Shown here: positions 50,722-64,000 of the stretch, one piece after another | Position numbering within the stretch: position 1 is the stretch's first letter | How the letters are laid out: the number at the start of each line of letters is the position of its first letter | Assembly (NCBI RefSeq): GCF_020745735.1 | Contig: NC_083413.1 | Span: forward strand, 98,676,409 to 98,740,408 | DNA length: 64,000 nt | Source: Hemiscyllium ocellatum | Taxonomy: Eukaryota | Direction of reading: 5' to 3' | The notes under the pieces: model-generated | Database searches by the model: none | What the model saw: the letters and a program-made list of their open reading frames with translations, nothing else | Told to the model about the DNA's origin: nothing | Translations under genes and position numbers: made by a program

Positions 50722-50925
50722 TTTAAAAATCACACAACACCAAGTTATAGTCCAACAGGTTTAATTGGAAGAAAACTAGCTTTCGGAGTGACGCTCCACT
50801 ATCACCTGATAAAGGAGCGTCACTCCAAAAGCTAGTGTGCTTCCAATTAAACCTGTTGGACTATAACCTGGGGTTGTGTGATTTTTAACTTTGTACACCC
50901 CAGTCCAACACCAGCATCTCCAAAT
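50722..50925. mobile_element. Hairpin retro-insertion, family 2 (mirror copy)
   Basis: Mirror of 27680-27883, TSD at 50708-50721 and 50926-50939. Confidence 0.9.
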
Positions 50926-51024
50926 CATGGTTTCCTTTTGAGTGATTTGACTGTGTTTTCACTGAATGAACAGAGCTATTTCTTAATCATATAATAGGAA
51001 TGAAGCTTCCCTCATTTTTAGCAA

Positions 51025-51227
51025 CTGCTGAAAATGTATTGCTGGAAAAGCGCAGCAGGTCAGGCAGCATCCAAGGAGCAGGCAGCATCCAAGGAGCCCT
51101 TCCTGAAGAAGGGCTCATGCCTGAAACGTCGATTCTCCTGCTCCTTGATGCTGCCTGACCTGCTGTGCTTTTCCAGCAACACATTTTCAGCTCTGATCTC
51201 CAGCATCTGCAGTCCTCACTTTCTCCT
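51025..51227. mobile_element. Hairpin retro-insertion, family 1 (mirror copy)
   Basis: Mirror of 27378-27580; one TSD carries a substitution. Confidence 0.9.
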
Positions 51228-54200
51228 CATTATTAGCAAGGCAATCACACATTATATTTCTTGATTCCAGGGAAGTATAGTGTTAAATTAATGAAATATG
51301 ATGATTGGGATGTTTCAATTGGAAATTGTCAGATATTTAAAGTTTACTTTCATGAGCAATTAATCCCAGCCTCATTGTGTCACAGTACTCACAGGAATGT
51401 CTTTCAGAAATGGTGTCTCCCTTTGTTATGGGCAGTCAAATCAGTAAATCTGGGATAGCTTTTGCTTGTTAAACAAAGGTGTTAAAGAGCTTTAGCCAAA
51501 GGGAGGCCTGTGGATTGAGCTCACAGATGCACCATGATCTAAGTAAGTGGGGGAACAACTAGAGGGGCTGAGTGCCCTCCTCTTGTTCCTACCTTCCTAA
51601 CATTGTGTCATTCATTAAGCTAGCACTGGCCGTGAATACTTTTTATTAAAATATTTCGATAAATTAATTGTTTCACACATGCTTTAAAAAAACTTCTGTT
51701 GATTATTTGGAACGGGATCACTGACATTCTCTATTTGAGTGATCAAAATAACTTCCACCCAATTACAGCAGCCACTGCACTCTGCAGTGTGTTGTTACTT
51801 CATAATAGTTTCTTGTGAAACTACAGCTCGAGATCAGGGCACTCAAATTCAATAATATCTCTGAACATTTGCAATTTGTTCAAATGCATCTTTTCTCTGA
51901 AGAACGTGTTTAATCGAACAGAACGTTTTTCAATGAAACAACAAACTTTAAATGCTAGAAAACCAAAATAAAGACAGAAACGTCTGAAGAAACTCAGCAG
52001 GTCTAGCAGCTCCTGTGGAGAGAAGGCAAGGTGAACCTTTCCCATCCAGAGACCCCCTCTTCACCAAATTGTTTTCATGTTTTTGGCACAAGAGCTCACA
52101 CCTGTTGAGATAAACAGTGATTACGTTGGCTTGACTCCTGTTGGAAAAAGGATTCTTAGCAGAGGTACTGGATGGTCTGAGATAGCAATGGAAGACCAAC
52201 TGAAAAGCTATCACCATCTGCTGCAAGTGTTGGATTCAACGGAACCCTCACCGTACTGAACAATCAAATTCAGCTACAGCACTGGTTTAATATAAAGTAA
52301 AACAGCCTAAGCAAAATCTCATCAAATATACTTTGAAAATGATTCATTCGGGATTAGTTATAAATGATATTGTTAGAACAGCAAGTCAAAAGCTGGGATT
52401 TCTTTGAGCACTTACTCCATTAACCCCATCTAGCGATGCCCAAAAGCTTGTGAACAAATATTGATCTGGAAAAAGCTGCTAACCACCAAAATTCTGTTTA
52501 ATGTCTAAGAGACACAAGTCAGGACAGCGATTGAATAGAGTTCACTGGCCTCTGTGAGTGGAATTCCAACAAACACCCAAACATCTCAATCTGCTTTCTT
52601 GTACTGAAGTAACCTGATAAGAGATGGTGTTACATATCTCTCTAACAGGTTGTAAGTGAACACAGGCCACCTGGCACAGAATCAGGGACCCTACCACAAC
52701 ATCACAACAGACCTGAACACAATGAGCTCGACACTATCACGGAGAACACAGCTCACCTGTTTTGACAGTTTATAAACCATGTTAGTTATTAACACCTTCC
52801 AACAACCAGGGATTGTTCCAGAATGTTAGTACAATGAAAGTAACATTTCAACGTTTATCCAAGAATACTTTGACAGCTGCTCCAAATTGTTCAAACTCGA
52901 TGGGAACTACAGAGCAATAAAACTAGGAATTGCATTGCCATCAATTCACTGTCACTAGATTCCAACCTCGAACTCCCTTCCTCTTTCCCCTGTGAATGTT
53001 GCTGCACCAGACGGTCTACTTAGTTTGAAAAAGATTATAATGTTTTGAAGTGTAATAAGACCATTGCTGATAATAAGTTTTCAAATAATAAGATGCAAAA
53101 AAAAATTCTGATTTTACATAGTGCCACGAAACATCTCCTGCATAACTGAGGCACAAAGAAAATCTGCAGCATATTTCCCTCTGCCTCGCTCAATCAAATA
53201 TCTCTTGTTGTCAACAACCAATTTCAAATCTCTTGCTATCTGCCTTTTGTTCCTGAAACGTTCGTTCTGATTGGAACAACTTAGTCAGGGCTCTCAATTC
53301 TGAGGCACCTATTCAAATATTGTATTTCTGGCAGATAAAAGTGGTTTTGAAGCGCGAGATAAAATTGAACTGTCTGAGATTCAGGTATCCGAACTGGACA
53401 ATTTATAAATGGTCAGGACCGTGGACAAGTTAGTCAGAGATAGCACTGAAACAAACTGTACAACAGACTTAATCCCAGAGGATACATTGCTCAACTCCTC
53501 ACATCAAATATATTCACTGTAATTGAATATTCATCAGAGGAACTAACCAGTGGATTAATGTGAACGAGAATGTGTTCACAATGAACATAAATAACCACTG
53601 AGTTCATAAACTTAATAAGTCATTGTATTTAACAAAATTATTGAGGTGGGAAATATCGCCAATTAAAGCACAGATCTGGAGGAAATGGATTATTCTCTAA
53701 ATTATTTTTACATATTCTTAAAACGTTCCTCGAATTGTGGAGATTTTGCATGCACTGCATAAACAATACTGCATTCCAGTGTGGAAAGCATTTCTGTTGA
53801 AGGAATTAGGGCAAGGTTATTTTCTTGTTTACTGCTTGTAATGAACTAAAATGTTGATAAAGGTATGAATTGAAAACATGCTTCTGTCTGGAGTTGCCCA
53901 CTTTAACGGATGTCTAAGTAAATGTGGGCACTGCTGCCTCACAGATCCAGGTACCCAGGCTCGGTTCCAGCCTCAGGTGACGGCCTATGTGGAGTTTACA
54001 CAATCTCCCCTGTGTCTGTGTGGATTTCCTCCCAAAATCCAAAGATGTGCAAGTCAGGTGAACTGGTCATGCTATATTGTCTATAGTGTTAGGTGCATTA
54101 GTCAGGGGTAAATATAGGGTAGGGGAATGGGTCTGGGTGGGTTACGCTTCAGAGGGTCAGTGTGGACTTGTTGGGCCAAATGGCCTGATACATACTGCAG

Positions 54201-56389
54201 GAAATCTAATCTAAATGATTGTCACACTGAACTAATGTGAGCAGATTCCTTCAGATCGCTACATTGCAATAAATCGATCAAGTATATTAATTAAAATAAA
54301 TATTACTCTATTTTCAGTGTTTGAATAAACAATGTGCTCTGTTATCCTCTAGTTCATGTCTTCTGCAAATTTGTGAACTCTGCATACGCCTGAACACATC
54401 GATGTAAAATGAATTTTCTGCGTTTGCAGCAAGTACTCCCATGGTTTTAAGAGGAGAGTTCCTACAGTATGGAAACGGGCCATTTGGCCCAACAATTCCA
54501 CACTGACCCTCTGAACAGTAAGTAGCCCACCCAGACCCATTCCCCCTAATTTATATTTGTCCTTGATTAATGCACCCTAACCTAGACATCCCTGAACACT
54601 ATGACTGTGCTAAACTGCACAATCACCTGACCTGCACATCTTTTGGACTGTGGTAGGAAACCACAGTGCCCGAAGGAAACCCACACAGACACAGGGAGAA
54701 TGTGCAAACTCCACACAGGCAGTCACCCGAGGGTGGAATCAAATTTGGGACCCTGGCGCTGTGAGGCAGCAATGCCAATCACTGAGCCACCATGCTGCCC
54801 TGGAGTTCATGAGTGGATTACTTTAATTAATTCGAAATTTGGTTGGTCACATAATTCACTATAGCAGTTGTTTCCCGAAGAATGACTCTTCAGTTGATAT
54901 TTTGTTGTAAAATGTAACTATTTATTTAACATGCACAGATTGGGAACACCTAAAGTACTGTGCAGGTTAAATAATTCAGTTAATGTTTTATTTTTATCCT
55001 GCAAATCCAGTTTAATCAGGGACATAACAATTAATTAACTCAAGTTATATGTGAAACTGATCAAAGCAGTGAAACTGATCTGTTCTTCATAGAATTGAGC
55101 AGAATTTCCAAATGGTCTTTGCCAATGATCTTTTCCAGCCAGGAAAATATGTATGTAGTGTACAGGGGAATTGAAAGGTGTTTCTTGATCAATTATAGCA
55201 CAGTCATGGCATTTTTGCTCAAGAGCAAGAACAATTAGAACATTAGACTTTTGAAATTCTATTTATATTTCTCTATGACTTGCAAACTGCTTAAAGACAG
55301 ACCTTGTGATTGAACGAGATAGTTGAGTTTCGAATTTGGATTGTAAAGCATGGATTAGATTAATCCTTAATTATTTATTTTAAGTAAAAATAGCACCTGA
55401 AGGTATCTGTTTTCCCTTCATTTCTAAAACCTGTGCGATTTGCCTTTCACTTTATAATAGACTTTATGAAATTGTAACTCGCATGCTGATTGCATTGAAT
55501 GAGGAAAGAGCAGTTCACTGTCACCAACCGTGTTAACATTGCAAAAACAATGTAGAAACCAGAAACAGTTTCCCAAATATAACACATTTAATGTTACCCA
55601 AGCACAGTCCCTCCTCAACAGATCAACGATCACCAGATCACAACACGGTATGTTTGCAGCAGAACTAGCTCTGCAAACATTTTCAACAGAACCAAGAACA
55701 TGATGTCACCTCACAAATAAAACCAAATTGAAGTCTAACAAAGCTGCTCAGAATCAAGCAAACTAATGATTAAATTGAATAGAAATAACAGGTCATAATA
55801 GCAACCTTGTTTGTGAGGGGACTTAACACTTAAAGCTGTAACGTTTCTGGCAATAGTTCAATTTATTTCTAACCTGCACACCCTTCCTGATCATGACAAT
55901 CTTGTGCAGCGCACAGTAGAGTGGGGTTGAAGGCATATATTGATTAATCACCTCATGGTCAAAACAAAATTACTGAATGGACAAATATTACCACATTATA
56001 ATTTTAAGTTAGTTTCAATTACGTGATCTGATCAATTCTGCAGTTTCAGATTTAGGTCCCAAATTTTATTTTGAATGAGGCTACTTAAAACAAAATTCAG
56101 TTCGTTTACAATTAGAACGGAGTTTTTTGTTTAAAGTCAATCCATTAAAAACTCGTTTTTTTTTCATTTCTCACACATCTGGGTTTCTGCCTTAAGTTGT
56201 TTTTCAGACCGTTACCAATGGATGTCATGTTTTCAATCAAGCAGAGAAAAATGTGTCATATAAGTTTAACAAATGCAGAAATGATTCATCAAAAACAAAA
56301 GAACTTCACAAATATTGGTAATGAAAAGTATTCCAGAGAGTCAATCTCCTCACCAGAAAGAAAACATCGATTCAGAAAGCACGAAAACG

Positions 56390-56672
56390 CAGATCAATTT
56401 CACAAACTGAATAAGAATCCAATCAACTCAATTCAACAGAATCAAGGAAAATAAAATCAGAATCCAATCAACTTAAAACAACAGATTTGAATGAAACATA
56501 ATCAGAATCCAACCAATTCAATTCAACAGAATCAAATAAAACCATTTCAAAAGTCAATCAACACAATTCAACAAAACCAAGTAAAAACAAAGTCAGAATC
56601 CAATCAACACAGTTCAACCCGAATCAACTAAAACAAAGCCAAAATCCAATCAACTCAATTCAACAGAATCAA
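56390..56672 (-). repeat. ~45-bp minisatellite (mirror copy)
   Basis: Mirror of 21917-22200. Confidence 0.9.
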
Positions 56673-57217
56673 GTAAAACAAACTCCGAATCTAATCACCA
56701 GAATGCAATATAGCACCGCAAGAAACTTTGATGACAGTTTCTCACCTGCTTGTCATCAACAAAATTAACAAAATAAATGAGAAAATATAATCATGGTAAG
56801 AACATATATTCAAGAAATGAATAATGATATTTTAGCATATTTTAGTCATGTTTGGTAATATCTTGAACATCTTTGAATTTGTAGCATTTGTTGTTGATAA
56901 TAAAACTCACAGTCAGGGTGTCACTGACATTAAACATTATTTATAGCTGACTGATTAAGAGACATTAGGTGTTTCAAGTAACCCAGCCACATAGAATGTC
57001 CATCTGATCAAAAAAAAGAGATACACTGAGCAAATGACTCCATCATCACCATTTTAACTATTTGCTGAGCCTTAACTGAAGTCTATAATCAGTCTGAACA
57101 AAAATCAATCCGAACCAAACCAAACTCAGCACAGAATCTGAGTTTCATTTAATTCAGAAATTAGTCACATGAATAGAAAGTTTTTAAAAAGTCACTAAGA
57201 ATGTTCAAAGTTCTTAC

Positions 57218-57265
57218 CTGAAGTCACTGTCACCATGGTCCCTTGGCCCCAGTAGCCAAGATAGT
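57218..57265 (-). CDS. IGHJ: JH segment (- copy), YLGYWGQGTMVTVTS
   Basis: Identical to + JH; RSS heptamer 57266-57272, 23 nt, nonamer 57296-57304. Confidence 0.98.
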
Positions 57266-57630
57266 CACAGTGTTACATTCTCTGGACTGGATCATACAAT
57301 AACTAGCTCTGCATAAAACAAATCAAAAATCTACCATCATTTTAAATTTTCAGAACCACAGGCAAAATAAAGTCACGATAAATCTTCATCACATAATTGC
57401 GCGAGTGAATTTTGATCATTCTTGATAAATTTTAATACTGTTTTATACTTCACAGAGTAACACATAGCTGATTCTCAAAATCCTCAACTGGTGTATCAAT
57501 AATTACCCAACCCTTTTACAAATTAAATAGTGATACTGGCATAAAGCCCCACAGAACTAATACCGAACTGCAAGTTAAGATGGTTTGTAGAAGTAATCAC
57601 TGACTAGTTTCAAACAATGGAGGCTGAATA

Positions 57631-57700
57631 GGTTTTTGTATTGATCATAATTGCAGTGTCACCCAGCTATATCACTGTGAGACACGTTGTGTCAAATACT
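57631..57700 (-). other. D2 segment ATATAGCTGGGTGA (57659-57672) with 12/12 RSS
   Basis: Same RSS heptamers and nonamers as + D2; coding part is 14 nt rather than 15. Confidence 0.92.
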
Positions 57701-58003
57701 ATGACAGACTGTAAACTGTAAAATGCAAATAATTTCTTCACTTCCTAGAAAGCAGTGATTCAGACTCCTTTAAAAATGATTTGGTGCATTATTTCAGCTT
57801 TTACTATTCATTGTATTTTGAAAGCTTGGAATACTTTTCCAGGTTTGGTCTGCATTTAACTTGACAATCAACACGAAGAAGGTAGAAAATAATTCTACAT
57901 TTGTACAAACTAGCCCGACTGGATTGTGTTTAAATTGCATCTCACATTATTTCATGCTCCTGCCACGGTAGAAATCACCAATTTGAGATAAATCCTTGTC
58001 AGT

Positions 58004-58083
58004 GGTTATTGTATGAGGATGTCGCTGTGCACAGCACTGTGACCCACTGTAGTATCACAATGATGTAGACCAGTACACTCATT
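58004..58083 (-). other. D1 segment (58042-58055) with 12/22 RSS
   Basis: Identical to + D1, including the weak 5' nonamer. Confidence 0.93.
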
Positions 58084-58431
58084 CTCTGTTCTTTACTCTA
58101 GGTCTCAATTTTCATTTGAAAGAGCCATTTAGTACTGATCATGTTTAGAATGAATGCCATAGTTGACATAACAATTAGCAGTGATTTCCTGAGCTGTCAG
58201 ATATATTTTGTCCCAGCATTTAATTGATGGAAGTGTTAGCAGTACATATGACATGCCTAAAACATTGTCCCATTGTGTCACCAGTTTGCTAGTTTAAATG
58301 GTACATTTCCTCTTTGATAGCTTTGTAAGAGGCAGCCTGAGGTCTGCTTCAGATCGCAGTTGGTATAATTGCATTTAAAACTCAAACTGACCATCAGTTT
58401 ATGATGGAATTGACAAAATGTTCCCTCGAGC

Positions 58432-58470
58432 TGTTTTTGAACGGGTCCAGCCCTGGTTCCTCTCGCTGTG
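58432..58470 (-). other. VH 3' RSS, 23-bp spacer (- copy)
   Basis: CACAGCG (58470-58464), 23 nt, TCAAAAACA (58440-58432). Confidence 0.95.
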
Positions 58471-58775
58471 GTATCTTGCACAGTAATAGATGGCGGTGTC
58501 TTCGATCTTCAGGTTAGTCATTTTCAATGAGAAAATGTTGTTTGAATTGTCTTTGGACGCAGTAAATCGACCCTGAATCGCTGGTGCATAGTTATTGCTG
58601 GATGGAGTATAGTAGTACAGCAGCCACTCCAGACCCTGGCCGGGAACCTGGCGGACCCAGTACATGTAGTAGCTGCTGAGATCGAACCCGCTGGTTTTAC
58701 AGGTCAGTGTCAGGCTGCCTGAGGGACGGCCAGTCTCTGCCTCTGGCTGGGTCAAAACAACCTCCGACTGGACAC
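58471..58775 (-). CDS. IGHV: IgM VH segment (- copy), [18 protein letters not shown]...YYCARY
   Basis: 305 nt, open, conserved Cys/Trp, AG acceptor at 58776-58777. Confidence 0.98.
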
Positions 58776-58880
58776 CTTTAAAAAAGACAAGAAATAAACC
58801 ATGAGCATTACTTTTACATTCCTGAGGTAGACTAACATTGAGACAGCAACAAAGACAGACTTAAACAAAAAAACACTCAC

Positions 58881-58929
58881 ATGATAAGAAAGTCAGTAAT
58901 AAACTGAGAAAAATTGTCAACACAATCAT
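58881..58929 (-). CDS. IGHV: IgH leader exon (- copy), MIVLTIFLSLLLTFLS
   Basis: ATG at 58929, GT donor, 105-bp intron. Confidence 0.95.
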
Positions 58930-59015
58930 TCTGATAACTTCTGGGAAGCGGTTCTGTCAAGATCTTTCTAAACAAAGCCGATCCCGGAGTGTTGAATTAC
59001 GGTCCAGTGCCTAGG

Positions 59016-59022
59016 ATTTATA
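59016..59022 (-). promoter_or_regulatory. TATA box of VH promoter (- copy)
   Basis: TATAAAT, mirror of 19564-19570. Confidence 0.75.
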
Positions 59023-61211
59023 TGGCCATCGGAAAGGGCAGGCTCACAGCTTCCGCCTGTTGGTTTCCTGCTGGAGGCTGAGACTGGATCCTGGTCTCAG
59101 CTTGCACAGCCCCAACACATGGGCTCATGTATTTACCAGGTTACGCTTAAACATGGATATATACACATCTTGGGATATTTATTTTGCTGAATAGCTTCTT
59201 TGGGAGTGTTTTTGTTAAATGGTGGAAGTAAAATTGAGTACCTTCAGGTCTGTTTCACATGATAGTTACAAGTATTTTGTTTTAAAATAAATCCATTCGG
59301 AAGTTACCTCCCTTTATTTCTACATTCATTCACAAACAGATAAAACTAAAATCAAAGTTCAAACGTATTACTAGCTAGTAAAACAATTGAGTTTTATTTC
59401 CCCAGGACACTGCCAGTCTCTGTCCCACTACAAAATAACATGTAATTCATACTAAACATTTCAAAATTCAATTTAGGCAACTGAATACAGAGCGTGTCCA
59501 AAGTGATTATATTCAGAATATTCAATTAGAAGTTAACTCCCTTTAATTCTACATTCCACCACAAGCAGATAAAGCTAAAAAGAACTTCAATCATATTATT
59601 AACCAACAAAATGAGTGACTTTATTTTTGCTGTCACTCAACGTCTCTCTCACTTTACAAAATAACATCCCATTTCTAATCTGCGTTTCTAAATTCCATTT
59701 AGGCAACCTAATATGGAGCAGGACTAAAGTGATTATGTTCAGAATGTGAGTGGGTATCACTAAACAGCTTGGACCCGGAGATTAGAAGCACCTCCTTACA
59801 TTGCAGAATGTCTCTCCTTGCATCTTTTTTTTCAAATTTTTTAAAATGCATAGTAAAGGAAAGCTGTGTGCCTGAGAAACAAAAAGTGAGTTGGCAGTGA
59901 TACATAACACCTAGGTAAACTTTTGAAAGAGCATCTAATGAACGAGAACAGGACAGTCCATACGTTTTTTTTAATAAAATTCTCAACATCTAAACCATTG
60001 CAGGTAACTGTCTGGGTACATCAGGAGTGTTTGGTTAAATTAGAGAGTATTACAATAATCATTACCGCGAATGTAGGTTATAAACAGTACATTTCTCTGC
60101 TCACTGATAGCTCTGACAGGGGCAGTTAACTCATAAAAATAAGCTGAAATTCGCTGTTACACGACACCAGTGTTAACTATGTATAAAGGGCCCACTCAGT
60201 TTTAATGAGATAAATGAATCAGTGAATGGTGTACCAAGTGATGTGAGTTTGAACCAATTCAAGTTTGTTAATTTACTTTGAGATGATAACAAATGTTACT
60301 GCAATGTGGGATTTTGGATCCATTAACTTCATATTCAGGAGCTTTAAAGATACTCAATCAACAGGCTGAAGTAACCAGAATGTCATTGCATTCAATGTCC
60401 TGTTTCTGATAGTCATATAGTGAATGCTGTATTCTGTGACTTTCCTTTTTAAAGAAGAAATGCCAAGTGAAATGTATCCATTGTGAGTAAATGGGAAAAT
60501 ATAGTTTGTTTGGTAGGATTTTACTTTAGTTGATTCATTTTCCCTTTAATCGACCAGATACAATAGTTGGCAGCAATTAAGCTGACTGCAGAAAAGGTCC
60601 TTGAGTTCCCAGGTTCATTTACTGGAATCGGGTGGAGTTTCTGCAGGGGATCAAAGATATTTTGTCTCACTGTTGACCAGTTGGTGGAAACAAACTGCAG
60701 ACCATAACCACTGCCTCTGCAGGAACACATCTACTCAGCAACAATACTGGAGAAAAGTTTATTTTTCAGTTGTGAAACTTGGAGAACTAGTCACTCCTCT
60801 CATTGAAGGAAATATTCGCAGAGTCTCAGACACAACCTAAACATCAACAGTTCATTCGAGGATCACTACAGCACTGTTTAATATTGAGAAAAATTGATAA
60901 ATAGTCATAGAGTCATGGAGTGAGACAGCATGGAAACAGACACTTCAGTCCAACCAGTCCATGCCAGTCATAATCCCAAACTAAACTAATCCCACCTGTG
61001 TGTACTTGGCCCATATCCTTCCAAACATTTGATATTCATTTACTTATCCAAATGTCTTCTATAGGTTGTAAGTATCCACCACCAGATCATCCCACACACA
61101 AACCATTCTCTGTATAAAAAGCTGCCCCTGATATCATTTTAAAAATTTTTCTCCTCTCATTGTAAAACATGTTCCCTATTGTTGAAATCCCCCACCATAG
61201 GGAAAATACAA

Positions 61212-64000
61212 CAATGTCTGGGTCAAAAATTGAAAACAATCCCAGCTCCAAACATTTACAAAATATCACTATGGATCTTCCTTGAGTCCAAAAAAGATTG
61301 TCCCCTTTGATCAATGATTTGTAAAATTTATTCGCGTATCTAATGTGATGGACGTTTTCAAATAACTTCTGAAATGCAAGTGGTTCACATCAATCGTATT
61401 AAAGTGACATTTCGTGTGTTACCCCACACACAAAAAAAACAAGTTTGTTGACATGAGTTGCTCTGAGGAAGTCTACGATGAATTCTTTTATCAAACAAAA
61501 TCATTTCCAGTGTTGTGAGGGCTCGTCTATCTTCTGTGCAATGGTCTGAATTTTGAAGTTGTGTCTGACTGCAGATGAAACTGGCTGCTCTGGGTAAAAG
61601 TACAGTTTGCGCCTCTCACATTGTTAATGTATATTGCTGACTTTAGTTGAATAAAGAGATGTTGCCCCAGGCATCGTCTGGCACCATTAATTAGACCATT
61701 AATTTCCACATTGCTCGCCAGAGGATCAGGTGGAGTTTATTGATATGTGATATTTTTGAAACGAAAGCTTCGTACATTTCCAGGATGAATCATGTAAATT
61801 AGAGCCATTCACCTTTCCACTCATGGCTTTATAAACTTATATGAGGTCACCCCCCACCCCCCGAACTCTCACCCTCCAGTGAAACAAGTTCCAGTCTATC
61901 TGGATTTCCAACGGTAACTTTGTTCCCTCACATTCTGCTGTTAAAGATCCTCCTGCCACCCCAGGCCCACAGAGAGTGTCCCTTGATACTAGTTCAAAGA
62001 AATGAAAGGAACTTGTCCCAGCATATTGTTCAATTTTATTTGGTTTCAAACACCATAAAAAATAAATGTTCATGTCATTGCTGATTTATGGGAGAATTCC
62101 GTTTACACAGTATCTGCTGAAATACCTGCAGTACCATCCTGAATCTGGTTCGCAGGTTCACCTGTTGCTCACAAATGCAACCAGACATCAGGGAACAGTG
62201 TGTGGGATATAGTGTTAGTGTTACTTCTGCTATTATAATTACTTATACAAAGTAAATGAACTCACACCAGTGTGTAATTGTTTCAGCCAAGAGCTGAGTC
62301 AACAAGAATGGAAACTATATAGAGGAAATACATAATTGTTTTTGTATTCACTAAAATTGTATGCAAGAATGAAACGTGACTGCAAAACAATGGTAGATAT
62401 TACAGACGAATAGATAAGATGCTGTGAGGGGAGGGAGTTAAGCTAGATATGCCTGTACAAACAGTAGGTATAAACATTTGTTTCCCACTTTTACTGAAAC
62501 ACAGGAACAAACCCCAATTAAAAGGTTCATAAGGATCAGTATGGTAGGGGAAGGCACAGATGGAGGGAGTAGATAATAGTGAAGAAAGGATATGCCTAAC
62601 AATGGGCCACAGCGGGATGAGGTCAAACAGCCTTGTGAGGCCAGAAATAAGCATTTGTCACAGACAAGGAGGGCGCCGGTCTTAGGGAAGTGGAAGATGT
62701 AAACAGGGGAGGAGCAATGAAATAAAAAAAAGAAACCAAATTACATAAATATCGTGTATTAGTTGAATTCAGTGTGTGTGTCCCTGCCTTGTGGACAGTG
62801 GACATCACACCGTCTTGCAAGAGTAAAATAAAGGGCACCACTGATTCAGATTTTGTCTCGGACTGAAATTATTGAAGTGTGTGAGCTTTGTTTCTCACAA
62901 GTGAACATCGTCCACACCCAGCCCTCCACCCTTCCCTTCTGTACGTTTCACTTTGTGAAATCCGTGTTGTCAATAATCAGTTAAAAGAAAGATTTTTAAA
63001 AACTTTCTTAATTCATCTTGCTGATCTTGACTGAGTAAAGGTATGTTGCAGTCAGCGTTTCTGGGGAACATGTCTGCATTTTTTTCATGTCAGTTTACAA
63101 TGATATTAAGTCAAGAATTGTCAAAACGTCCTGAGAAACAACGTTTAGAAATGGGTGTTCTGCCCCTACTTTTTTCCCCATAAGCCAGGATTTACAGCAT
63201 TGGAGATCATATCTATGTTGATAATGGATTAGACCCTACACAATGTTCCCGAATGTTTACTTCAAGTGCTATCACCTGCAGGGTTATGGACAACATGCTA
63301 TAAACTGGGTGTTGGCTGGAAGGTTCTGTTTTCACATGATACAGGTGTAATGGGCGAAGTGATCTCTCTCTGTCGTGAAAACTTCATCTTTCCTCAATTC
63401 ATCTTTCCTACTTTGTCTCGTTCAGAGGCTCTAATTCACATGATTCATACCGGAAATATTCCAAGCCTTCGGTTCAATGATATCAATAAACTCCACCTGA
63501 CCCTCCGGCTAGCAATGTGGAAATTAATGGTCTAATTAATGGTGCCAGACGATGCCTGGGACAACATCACTTTATTCAACTAAAGTCAGCAATATACATT
63601 AACAATGTGAAAGGCACAAACTGTACTTTTACCCAGAGCAGCCAGTTACATCTGCATTCAGATACAAAATTCAGACCATTGCACAGAAGATAGACGAGCC
63701 CTCACAACATTGGAAATGATTTTGTTTGATAAAACAGTCCATCCTAGACTTGCTTAGTACAACTTGTGATAACAAAATTGCTTGATTTTTTTTGTGTGGG
63801 GTAACACATGAAATGTTACTGTATTCCGACTGATGTGAACCATTTGCACTTCAAGTTATTTGAAAACGTCCTTCAAAAAAAGATATGGGAACAAATTTTA
63901 CAAATCATTGATCAAAGGGATTTTTTTTTGGACTCAAGGAAGATCCATAGTGATATTGTGTAAATGTTTGGAGCTGTGATTGCTTCAAATTTTTAACTAA
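61212..64000. repeat. Mirror of the nested inverted repeat (arms ~61212-61806 and ~63427-64000)
   Basis: Mirror of 14570-17373. Confidence 0.85.

Larger units (their letters stand above)
40694..64000 (-). repeat. Right arm of the inverted duplication, including mirrored copies of the LINE/SINE insertions listed for 14577-37916
   Basis: Reverse complement of 14577-37916; continues past the window end. Confidence 0.95.

Noticed and set aside
60601-60840. ORF starting QVHLLESGG, resembling a mammalian VH N-terminus (mirror at ~17760-18000)
   Set aside because: No first Cys at the expected position, Trp about 10 residues too early, no YYC, no RSS. Treated as coincidence.

Overview
This is eukaryotic, repeat-rich DNA from a cartilaginous fish, probably a carpet shark (inferred from the IgM protein sequence and SINE types). 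It holds two nearly identical shark-type IgM heavy-chain clusters (leader-VH-D1-D2-JH-Cmu1-Cmu2-Cmu3[-Cmu4 secretory]) arranged tail-to-tail as an inverted duplication with arms of at least 23 kb (14577-37916 vs 40694-64000; the right arm runs off the window). A 200-N assembly gap (37917-38116) lies between the arms. The + copy stops at the gap about 90 bp before Cmu4 would begin. The - copy is complete through the secretory tail. I found no transmembrane exons. Segments are unjoined, with RSS layout V-23 / 12-D1-22 / 12-D2-12 / 23-J. The copies differ in a patchy way: VH differences cluster in CDR1/2, D2 has a 1-nt indel, and Cmu1, D1 and JH are identical. The first 14.5 kb and the introns are filled with decayed CR1-type LINEs, tRNA-derived SINEs, a Penelope-like element and two families of ~200-bp hairpin retro-insertions carrying minimal hammerhead-ribozyme-like cores. 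All alignments and counts were done by eye. Repeat boundaries are approximate.
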